Below, piece by piece: positions 11,001-23,000 of a stretch of DNA of 64,000 nucleotides; position 1 is the first letter of the stretch; every line of letters starts with the position of its first letter. Below the pieces are notes generated by a model that worked only from the letters and a program-made list of their open reading frames with translations, was not told the origin of the DNA and searched no databases. A program made the translations under genes and the position numbers. The stretch comes from Antedon mediterranea (taxonomy: Eukaryota > Animalia > Echinodermata). The DNA lies in contig NC_092677.1 in NCBI RefSeq assembly GCF_964355755.1, positions 15,212,101-15,276,100 of the forward strand, read 5' to 3'.

Positions 11001-14000
11001 TTATTGAAGACCTATTTTTGCAAACAAAAATTGTATTTTGTTATTTTTATAAATACAATTTCTATTTCACATATTTGTTCAAAAGGAGGGAAATAGTTTT
11101 AGACAGATTTTTTGTTTTAATCTTATAAATTGTTTTTTTACTTTACAATAAAATTTAATAACAAAAAACAAGAAGATTGACGTTTCGGAACCATCATGGA
11201 ACTATTTTCAAGATCAAATGATCAAATGTTTGTATAATTTGATCACTTGATCTTAAAAAATGGTTCCATGACGGTTCCAAAACGTCGATCTTCTTGTTTT
11301 TTGTCATTAAATTTGATTGTAAAGTTATATAGTAAGCGTCTATTAATTCCTAATTGTTTTTTTGTTTTTAAAATGTTTTTCGTTTGCAATATAATTATTA
11401 TAAAGCCAAATAAATAGGTTTTTAAATTACTAACCAATACCTATATTTTTATTCTTATTTAATAATTTCCCTGTTGTCATAACATAACTTTTCTTTTAAT
11501 GGACAATAGTATATTTCCTTCCTTTAATGAGCTTTGATATGATCACAATAAATCTATGATAGTCCTACATAACACTAGGATCTTACCGATTTGAATGGTT
11601 AGCCTGTCTAAATCCAGCCATAGTTGTTTTCTATATGTCGGCAGAAAAACAACTTTGTTATTAATGATCTAAAGGTATTGTTTTGCCTAACTAGCACTCA
11701 GGATTATTAAAATTATTTCTAAAACTCATAATAATTATGTGAAATATGAAAAATCAAAGATATTTATAGTAGTAATATGTCTACTTTTAGAGAAAAAAAA
11801 AATGTTATGGCTCATTGAGAAAGTACTCATGGATGTATACAATTAACCATACTAATTTTATACATCCATACATTCTCCATACTTTATATTACTCCTTCCT
11901 GCATTCAGAAAACTTTTAAACTGCTAAATTTTAATAATACTATCCCAAGTTATTTATTGCAGTAATTCATGTCATCATAATGATGCAGTTACAAAGCAGG
12001 CCCTTAAGTACCAGAACATAGATCTTTAATTTTAAAGACAATTATATTCTTTCAACTTTGTACATTTTCCTTTGGGTATTTCATCTAAGTTGGCTGGCGG
12101 GAGTGTATATACAGTAGTTAAGTTCTTTCATATAACAATTAATATATATAATCTCTTTCCCTTGTAGCTCTTGTTGACTTTCAGTAGAGAGTATTATTAT
12201 GTTATCTCTTGTTTTTTGCATGAAATTCTACCAAAACGTTAATCTCAAATCCTCTTAACAGATTATTTTAAACTGTGCATTTTCTATTTGATTAAATGCT
12301 GTTGAAAGATATATTTTGTTTTTCCACAATCAGATACAGTATGTGTGAATTATTATTGTTGAGAAGTTATTTTTAGAAATAACCAAATGGATGCATTGAC
12401 GTCAAACATTATGCACAGTTTCAATTGAGATAATGTTATAAAACCAGGGAAGAGTTAAATTCTCTTCCCTGATAAAACCAATAATTTCATTATCATTTTG
12501 TACTAATGAATTATAGTTTGTTTTGTATTTTTTTGTTATTAAAATCTGCTCTCAAATCTTTCTCTATCATCTTTCTTGTCAATAATCATAGATCCTGATA
12601 ACATAATCGTTCCTACTGACACTTCCGGTCGAACGCTCCTACCGGCTTGGAGTGGTAAGTTCTGCTTTAACATCTCGCATTAACACAGTAATCTGCTATT
12701 AACTTTTAGGCTCACAATGAAATAAATAAAAAAAAACATTTAAATACTGTTAATGAAGTTGGATGCTGTTTAAATTGGTCTACTGTTAATTATATAGAAA
12801 TTTATTATTACAATAACTATTATAATAAATATTAATATTAAAAATATATATTAAAATAATGTTGAAAGCTGCTTAAACGTTCTATTGGTTTTTTTGGTTC
12901 TGAGTTTTACTTTGAGTCACTTAAATTACTTTGGTAAAAGGGAGTCTTGTTATTTACTCACTTATGTATGTAATATCTTTCAAGTACAATTGAAATAATA
13001 GAAATATTAATATTGAATTCTTACTAATTGTATTAACATTCACATTTCTAACTGACTAATCGTCTATCAATCATTTTAAGTTTCTAACAATTGTTGGTAT
13101 TTTTGCATTATATTGTTTTATTCATTCACTATCAACAGCACCTTTGTTAATATAATGGTTGTTTATTTTTCATGTTTAATTTTCTTATTCAGTTCTTTTT
13201 AAAATTAAAGGGAATAATTTGTTTGAATTGAGACATGCATGCATAACTAACTAAACTAAAACTTATGTTAAGACATGGACAGTATAATCTTAACTTATAT
13301 TTAATTAAAATACTTTGTTTTTAGTGTTAAGCCCAGGCCCTCCTGTATCTGTCACAGTCAACAGCACCTCATCAGCCTTAATACTTAAGTGGGAGACCCC
13401 TCGTGAGTATCCAGAACTCGTCAGCTTATACACCGTTGAATACCGCATCAATGGAGAAATTTATTGGAAAGTTCTTATTGATGACATTTCCTCGGAAACC
13501 AGAGAAGTTAAACTGACCGGTCTTAAAGCTCAGACTTGGTATGATTTCAGGATGTTTGCATTCACTCCAGGATCGTTTAGTATACCCAGCAATATTGTTA
13601 CAGGATTTACTGGTGGTAGGTAGTTTGTGAAATCTTAACAATTCATTTATGTTTGTATTTGCCCACTTATTTGCTATAATCGACAATGTATCCAAGTGAA
13701 TTTATAATTAAAAACTAAAAACAACATCCAATTTATCTATTCCATAGAACTTAGTACTTATACAGTACTTGGAGAGGATGATAACAGTGGCGGCATAGAA
13801 GGCGCTGTGCTCGCTGGCATCATATCTGGTCTGGTCTTTCTCATAATTGCTCTGATACTAATGATTACAGCAGTGGTCATTGTTCGACGACGGCGGCAGA
13901 AGAAGAGGGAGTTACATGAAATTTTAGGTATGATAGTTTTAACTTTTATGCAGATACTTTTGTAATGTGATTTGTGTTACTTTTTATTGTTTTTTTATTG

Positions 14001-17000
14001 GTATTGGTATTAAATGGTTTTCAATTCTAAGATTTCGTATTTGGTGTTTTATATTTCCATATATTAAAGTTTAAGGCTGGTTTCTTATATTTAAATACAA
14101 AGTTATTTTTTGTAAATTAATTGGCTTATTCCTCCTTTCTAACTACTGCACATAGTCCAGTCAATCTAATGATATACCCACCACAAATTGCAATAGTAAC
14201 AAAGCAAGTATTTTTGAATTCCATATAAAGTGTAGAACGACATACTAAAAGTCACCAAAAATCCAAGCATTGGGTCAAGGGGTCAGAGGTCAATAAAGGT
14301 CATTTTAGGTAAAAATTAATATGCCCCATTAATTACATATATTTAACCATTTGAAATACATTATATACAAGTGTGATTTATGTCATCCGAAAGCTTATTA
14401 AATTTCCTATTCAGTGATATCAAACTTATAGTCATAACATTTTATTTAGCATGTCATTTTTGCGGAAAAACACAACATAATGTTTCAATTTTGGCTAAAA
14501 ATGTTGTTTTCGCTGTAAACAACAATGGTATATACACAGGGATACCCATGGGGTGAACATTTCAGTCCAAAGCGATACACATGACCAGCTCAAGATGCAG
14601 ATGAGTGACATCTCCGTTCCTGTTACTTCTCGATGATCTACATTCCATTTTTTCCAGATGGCATTTGTGTTGCCATGGTTACACTATTTATATTGGGACG
14701 TATAAGTATTTTAACGATTTTTTAACCAGTAGAAATACAAAGATGTTCAACAGCAGTTTGACAATGACCTCCATGTTGTATGACATTCGGAACCATCTGG
14801 GCTGGATTGTCAACAGACCTGGTGATTGAAAAGGTTTCTATGAGAAGCCTCAAAGAAAGCCAGGTTTGACAAGAGATTTAGGAATGAGTACATTCAGACC
14901 AAATCTGAGCTGTATGTAATGCCTTTGCTATAGTATCAGGGCGTTACTCCAACAGCGGCCAACATAAGACCTTGTGGCCACACGTCAGGAACACAATGGC
15001 AATTGAAAAATCCATTTGGTTACGACTCAGAGACTTCATACCATTGACATGGGAGTTACTGCAGGTGACTCGGAATATTGGCAATGCGGTATTAAGCATT
15101 GAATATTTTGGAAGGATGTTAGGCCAGAAAGTCTTGCAATGTATTCAAGATCCTGGCAATAAAGTACATACAGGCAAATATGTGTGCATAGATCCTACAG
15201 TTCCAGAGGAGACTCGAGATGAACTTTGTTATCCACCAGCACTTTTTGAAACTACCAACTTACAATACTTTCAGCTAATAAACCAACATGATGCCATGTG
15301 GAAACAACTTCTTATGAATAGTCTAACACATCCAACTCACAGAATGCTGTCCAGTAAGCCTACATTTTAGATGGTAGTGCTCTACTTTTTCACAGCATTC
15401 CATGGAATAGTGTAGAGACTTATGATGCGATCTGTAAAAAATATTGCTCTGCCATCATAGTCTTTGATGATTATGAAAGCGCCAAAGACGGCGCACATGG
15501 TAAGGCGGGTCAGGTGGTAGTGTCCCTGTACATTTTACCAGTGACATGTTCCACAAAATAGGATCATTTTCTGTAACAAACAACAATTTATAAATCTTCG
15601 TAACTAGTATTTGAACAACATGGCAATGAGTGAATGCAGCTGCTGATGCAGATGTTATTTCGGATAGTACAAAAAAACCATTGAATCAGCAAACAGGAAA
15701 ACATCTGTATCCGATGACTTTTGAGAGACATCTGTGATAACCTTCTGTTTGCTCATGCGATACTGGTGACACAACATCCAGAGTTTTCGGAATTGGAAAA
15801 CAAGTGGCTCTAAAAAAAGCTTGTCATTGCACTTATTTCTGACATTATGCTGTAGTCTTCAGATGCAAACAAGATACAAAGGATGACATTGTGGTTGCTA
15901 GAGAAAATGATTTAGTGTGTCTTTACAATGGACGACCTGGACAGCGTGGAATGCCTTTGACTCCATCCCATCTATAAGTACAACCTCGCATATCGCCAAC
16001 TTCATAGTCGTACCACAACCAAGGTACTTAACATCATGTTCAAGTTCAAGTTATCTTTTAGCAATGGAGTGGGGTTGATATGTGTACCGAGGACTGGGGA
16101 TGGAAGATCAGATGATGGAAACATGGTTCCTCTACACACAGACTTAAAGCCAGCACCTGAGTATCTCCTTGAAGCATTCAGGGGTAACTAGAACTACATG
16201 TGATGAATGCAATGGCATTGCACTGTACTAATACCCGAACAAGAAAGTGATACTGATGACATAGTTGTGAGTCCATTTCTATTTGAAGGATTAAAGAATA
16301 TCATCCCACACGGGGCAATTCAAATAAAAAGTTCTGGATTAAAATGATCTTACAAAATATACAAAAATATCACAATACACAGTACAATATAACAAGAGTC
16401 AAAGTTCAAGAATTTAAGAGTCGGATGGCCACTGGCAAAAAGGAATTCCTTTAACGGTTTGTTCTACATGCCAGGCATCAAAAGCGATGCCCATGAGGCA
16501 TGAGCTCGAAATCACTGAACAAGGCATGGTTAACATTTTTTAGAATAGCTCTACCTTTTTCTAGAGTTTGCATGTCACAGAAGGAAGACAAGCTACGAAG
16601 TTGACAACCTATTAATTTAGAACTTAAATTAACAATTCTTTGTAGTGAGTTTCTCTCTTTGACCCTATTAAGACTAAAAAACCAGCATATAAAGGAAAAA
16701 AGTTAAAACGTTCTCAATAAAGGAATTATAAAAAAACCTGAGAATTACTTTATCGACATTAAAATGGTTCAGCTTCTGTAACAGATAAAGTCCATGGTGT
16801 CCTTTCTTTACTATTGCCTCTGTATTTAATTCCCAGCTGAGATTGTCCTCAAGATATAGTACCTAGGTATTTAGGAACGGACAATATCACTGGTTTGTCA
16901 TTTATGAGGGATACCAGAGGGCTGCGTCATTTCTCCTTCCTAAAATCTACAATCATCTCCTTGGTTTTGGTCACATTGAGTTCCAAGTAGGAGTTTCCAC

Positions 17001-20000
17001 AAAATTTGATAAAACCATCTAATGCGGGACCATGACCGTTTTGTGAATTTTTAAGGAGAGACAGCAAGACAGTGTCGTCAGCAAATTTGACAAGATGACT
17101 ATTGTCCTGTTTGCTGCGACAGTCATCCGTGTATATAATATACAGAAGATGAGAGAGGACGCAACCCTGGGGCGATCCAATACTTGTCATTACGTACATT
17201 CATTGATACTAAAATCATCAAAAATCTATCTATAGTTAAATCATGAGTTGATTCCAAATTATCAAGACTCATTAATTAATCAACAATAGTACATACCGCT
17301 AATGAATTTCAATGTTCTTCTAGCTAGCATCATTTTTCCTATTTCATAACGATACAATAGGTACAGGAAAAACATTATTTGCACCAAATACTTGCAAAAT
17401 ATACATAAACATAATTTAGTTTTACACTATTTAAAGAAAATTTGAGTTTTCGTAAAAGGTCACTGACCTCTATAGTTACATAACAACTGTTGTATCAATT
17501 AGTTTTTAGAGTAAGAAATACATATTATACACATTTGTAGTTATTTAGATGTTATTGGCAGGCATAAATGTTACCTACTACTACACTACCTGTTGTTGAT
17601 AACAATTTATCATTATTATAGGATTATTTTTATTTAAGTACATAATTAATTCAAAATACTTAACATCATTTTTCCTATTTCATATGACGATAGGTACAAA
17701 AAAAACACAAGTTTCATCAAATGCAACGGCAATTACGGAATAAGACATTTTGTTAGGAAAAATTTGAGTTTTTGTAAAAGGTCAATGACCTTTTGACCTC
17801 TAGTTAAGTATAACTGTTGTATTAATTGTTTTTTTAATGTATATTAGTAGGATATATATACTCTACACATTGGTACTAAAGCTATTTAGATATGATTATA
17901 AAACAATGGATTATAGGCATAAACGCTACCCCTACCCAAAAATTGTTTACATTACATTTGATCAAGAATCAATTTCAATAAGAATAGTACATCATTACTT
18001 TTAAAATTCTTCTAGTTAACATCATGTTTCCTATTTTATATATCGATAGGTACAGAAAAAACACAATTTTGATTAAATGCATCCACAATTATGGCATATA
18101 ACAGTTAATCATTTTTTAAAGGAAAAAAATGAGTTTTTGTAAAAGGTCAATAACCTTTTGACCTCTAGTTATAAAAAGAAGTGTTGTATTTTGGTTTTTT
18201 AAATTGCATATTAGAAAGAAATATATATTCTACACACTGATATAAAGATTATTGAGATTGGATTATAAAACCACAAGTTACGGGCATAAATGTTACCCCC
18301 TACCCCAAAAATATTTACGGAATAAAATCCCTATATAGTTGTTGAGATTACGTAAAAAATAGTGTGTTCCAATGCTTCAATTTTCGGTGACTTTTAATAT
18401 GTCATTCTAAACTACATTTGGAATGAAAAAATCAATGTTTCGTTACTATAGCAATTTGTGGTGGGTTTACCTCTAAATATCACTAGATTGACTGGACTAA
18501 CATCCAAGTTCAACTAAATGCCATTCTTATGCCAAACATTTAAGTAAAAAGAATTTTTTTAAAAAATTATGAAAAAACATTATGTTTTTGTTTCTAAAAT
18601 CCACCCCTTTCTCATAAATACAGAAAAACATGATGTTCACACCAAACCCATATTAATCCAACTTCACACAAATGGAACCTTGTTCCCCACAAGGGTATTG
18701 TTCTTGTCGAAACCAGACCTTAAATGAATGTTTTTAATTACCAGATCCATGTATGAATGTACCCTTATTGTAAATACAAATAACTTTAAACATCTGTTGT
18801 ATTTGTGAAGAAGTAGAACAGTATAATTAGTTCTAGTTAATCATGAATGATTTATATGTTCATAACTAATAAAAAGTATTTAATATGTGTGAACATGACT
18901 TAGATATAATACTACAATATTTGTGATGTAATGTATTAATTTTTGACAAAGTAATAAAATTATACTAGATTACAACTCTCCGCTCCCAAGCCCATCTCAA
19001 AAACAGAAAAATAAATAGGTATAATGACCTGATTGCTGCTATCTTCAATATATATATATACATTTTATTTTTAACTCGATGCTCACGTAGGATATAGGTT
19101 GTAAGCAAGGTAAAGAATGTTTAATGGTGTGTCATACTTAAGCTATTTAATACAATATTGCTTATACTAAGCCTTAGGGATAGATCTTTTTAGTTGTAAG
19201 CAATGTGTTACTTGACAGAGCTTGTAGAACAGGTTGTATGCCTTACTACCCACCTATATACAGTATCATATTCTACTCATATAAGACATTTTATAAATGC
19301 CTTACACATAACAGTTTTCTAGGAACTATTTTTTTGTAGTGTAAAAGATTATTTGAAAATGTATGATGTGTGTATAAGTCTGGACCTACCATGGTGAAAG
19401 CATACTGTACTCTTAAATTTAGAGTAATTCCGTTTCTATATTTCGGTTATTATAACCTACCTCAACTCGCTCAAGTCTAATTCAATAGAGCAGACTTATA
19501 CCATTATCAATATTAATATTAACAAACACATTGTATATATATTTTTACCTTACTAACTATTTCAATGCTTTATTATGTAGTAGATACAGTTGATCACATG
19601 TAGTACAGTAGGCCTATTATATATTATACAGTAGAACTCCCATTACAAGGACATCTTAGGTACCCAACAGAGAGCCCCCTTAATAAAAGTGTGCCCTGGA
19701 TAGAGATGTCCTAAAGGAGGGCGTTCTACTGTTATAGTTGCTTCTTGCTAGGCTTCAGTCGCCTTGCTGAAGTGCTTTGTAACGCATATGTCTTACAGGT
19801 TTTCCATCTTATGTGCAACCAGGTCATAGTTCAGCAGCAACGTAAGTGTAGTATGCGCATGTATGTGCTGTAATAAACACTAACAGTTTTTTGCTCGTTT
19901 TGTGATTAGTTGAAACTCTAACAAATAGTTTATGCCTGCATCATGATTGGTAGAAAACCCTAGCACTAACAATTTGTTTATGTCTGTGATTGGTTTAACA

Positions 20001-23000
20001 CTATTAATAACTGGATATGATTGGCTGATTATTGTAGAGACTGAAATTTACCCTTCAACTTCAACATTTATTTTGCACATGTGAAAGTTATGGTTTTAAA
20101 GTATATTCATTTTATTACTCTACTATATTTCAATATTAACACCCTCTCATCTAATATGTTTTCTTTGACATTTTGTTTTCTTTTCTTGGTATTTAATATA
20201 TTATATTTAACAAGTTTATTTTTATTGTTATTTGAATCTTTTTGTATCATTATAGATGTATCAGTTTAAAATATTCTATTTAATAGACTTTATTTTTTTT
20301 TAGTTGGTTTTTTAAACTTGCATTTAAAATGTGTTTTAGTCTATGTTTTGGTGGCCTAATAAAGATGAGAAACTAACATGCAATAGTAAATATGGTTCTT
20401 CTGAACTGACCAAGTAAAAAATGTCACTACTGACTAATAGTGAAAAAAGTCACTCCAAACTGAGATTGAAATAAAGTCTCTACAAACTGACTAAGAGTGA
20501 AAAAAGTCACTCTGCACTGGGATTGGAATAAAGTCACTACTGACTGAGAGTGAAAAAAGTCAATCCGCACTGGGATTAAATAAAGTCACTACAACCTGAC
20601 ACCTGACCGAGAGTGAAAAAATTCACTCCGCACTGAGATAAAAAAAATATTCACTGCACTGATTGTTAAATCTTTATTACCATCTTTATACACTAAAATT
20701 AACACATGCTTTGAAACAACAGTATGCCTATTGGGATGGATCAATAACATAACATTAGATCTTTTGGAATATTTAATTGTATTACATTTTGACTAAAACC
20801 AGGTTCACATTTCGTTCCTCTTGTATTAAATGCATTCTACCTGTGTTTGCATAAAAGAATTAAATTTGTTAAATCTCATTTTCTTTTTCAGGTCGACGCC
20901 CTCCTTTACTTTACTTAGGGAAAGTTACTCGAGTTTGAAAGCTAAATTTAGTCCAGTAAAAGTTAATCCCCCAAAAACTAGAAACCGTGACGATCACGGT
21001 TTAAAACAGCGTGTTGTTCATAAATCAAGAACCAAACATATACGAAAGTCTCCGAGGTCACTACATTTTGATGACATCACCGAACCTTCCATTGTAGATA
21101 ATAGTTTACCAGATAGGGTGCTAGCAGTTAAATTTAGTGGAGAGGATTATGAGGATGGCACCAGTAGACATCGTCTGGTATTGACACCTAGACCAGATGA
21201 GGTCCTTAGTACAAGTAAGTGAACAAATCAATAGAATTGCCAGTTCACTAGTATATGCAGCTTTTGAGTTTGAATAAGTACTTCTGCCTGCGCTCAGAAA
21301 CATGAATGACTGTTAGACTCAATAGCCACGTTGTTGAGTGACGAGTCGTGAGAATGAACACATGAACTATTTTTTGTAATGAAAACAATATTTATCATGG
21401 CCTACACATTGTAAACATGCATTTTGTAATAAACATTAATCCATGTTTTATTTATAGGTGAATATGCATTAGAAGTTGACATAAACGATGAGGTATTCAC
21501 CCCACCTCGTCAGTTTGCTGATGATTATCGAAAGACATCAAGAAACACAAACAATGTCCAATCACACCAGCTTGTAAGAACTGCTTCTGGTGCTCCGAAT
21601 AAACCTGCTGGAGTATTTACAACAAGCAGTCCACTAAATGATATTACACAGTGGAGTTTCGCATCAGATAATGTAAGCGCTGTACGTCGTTCTTCGACAA
21701 GTGTTAAAGGCTACTTTGAAAGTAGTACCGGTCAGTTAAAAACCGATCAAAATTATTATGCAAGGAGGGACGAAAACGTAAATATGCATTCCCATAACTG
21801 TGACAAAACTATGACCATGAGGGAGTTACAAAATAGCCAAAGAACTAAACACTATTCCGAAAATGTAGATTTTTCACACCAAAGAGCATATAAAAATGAC
21901 CAATCAAATGGAATGTTTGTATTGCGTGGAGACAACAGTACTAATTATATTCGTAGAGAGAGAATTGCTTCTCCAGATTCTGCCGAAATTTATCGGCGTG
22001 AACATAAAGTTTTTCGTCCAAAAAATCCAAGAAATCTTAGTTTAATACAAGAATCTTCTATTGACCCACCTACAACTCAAAAGGTATCTGCGGATGTTCA
22101 TAATAAAGTGTACACCCCTATTAAACCAATAATGGGACATTCCAAACAAATGGACACCAGATATGATGAGTATAAAAGGACTGCACCATTTTTAAAGAGG
22201 AGGCGAAGGACTCAAGAAATTGATACATCTCGTTTACCGCAATTGCAAAATAGTGATTATTCTCTAGATAGAAGGAAAGTTAGGTCTGTTGGTGATTTGA
22301 GAAGGGGTACAAGGGAATTGAACCCAGGACAATTGAATTGTGAAAATTATAGGCCTACAATTAACCCCAGAGCATATGGACCGCTCAACCAACGGAATTA
22401 TAATACAAGTGTAAATCAAGGTAATGCATTGTAGAATTTTTTTTAAAGAAGGCTTACTTGATTTTAAAAAGTTTAATATTAGAAAATTTAGTTTTTATTT
22501 ATTAATTACAAAGTAAAGAAAGTTAGTTTTATCACCATATAATTTAATAGTATTACCATTTTACTTCAGATTTCAGAATACCATTGCGGTATGAGTTTCC
22601 CCATGGCGAGCGTTTACCAACCATAAATCTGCCGTACATTCAGCCTTCACCAAATGAACATGACACTTTAGAAGTTTCTCCCAATTATAGTGGAGTATCT
22701 TCATCAACAAGTGGTGTAGGAAGCATGGTGCCATCTCTGAACAATGTTAGTCCCAGAACTTCAACTGGTCCATTATCTCCACAAAGTCAGGGCAGTAGTG
22801 GGTACGGGAGTCGAAATACATCGCAAAGTGTTTCTGTAAACGGTCGTAATAATAGTGTTGTGAGTAATCGGCCACATGTATCGAATAGCAGTTCCTTAGA
22901 TAGTACATTTGAGGAACCACTTCAAGTTATTGATACTTACAACCCATCGGGTTATCCTTCCACATCTGGTGATCCCTTTGATGGAGTTACAGACATTCTG

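Larger units (their letters stand above)
14153..18499 (+). mobile_element. Decayed Academ-superfamily DNA transposon
   Basis: ~120-bp TIRs starting TAGTCCAGTCAATCTA (14153-14273 / 18368-18499), 3-bp TSD ACA; frameshifted transposase remnants WAGLSTDLVIE, ELCYPPALFE, LDGSALL..VFDDY, LFAHAIL/DTTSRVFGIGK, EDWGWK, LKPAPEYLL; three ~345-bp subterminal tandem repeats at 17320-18320. Confidence 0.8.
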
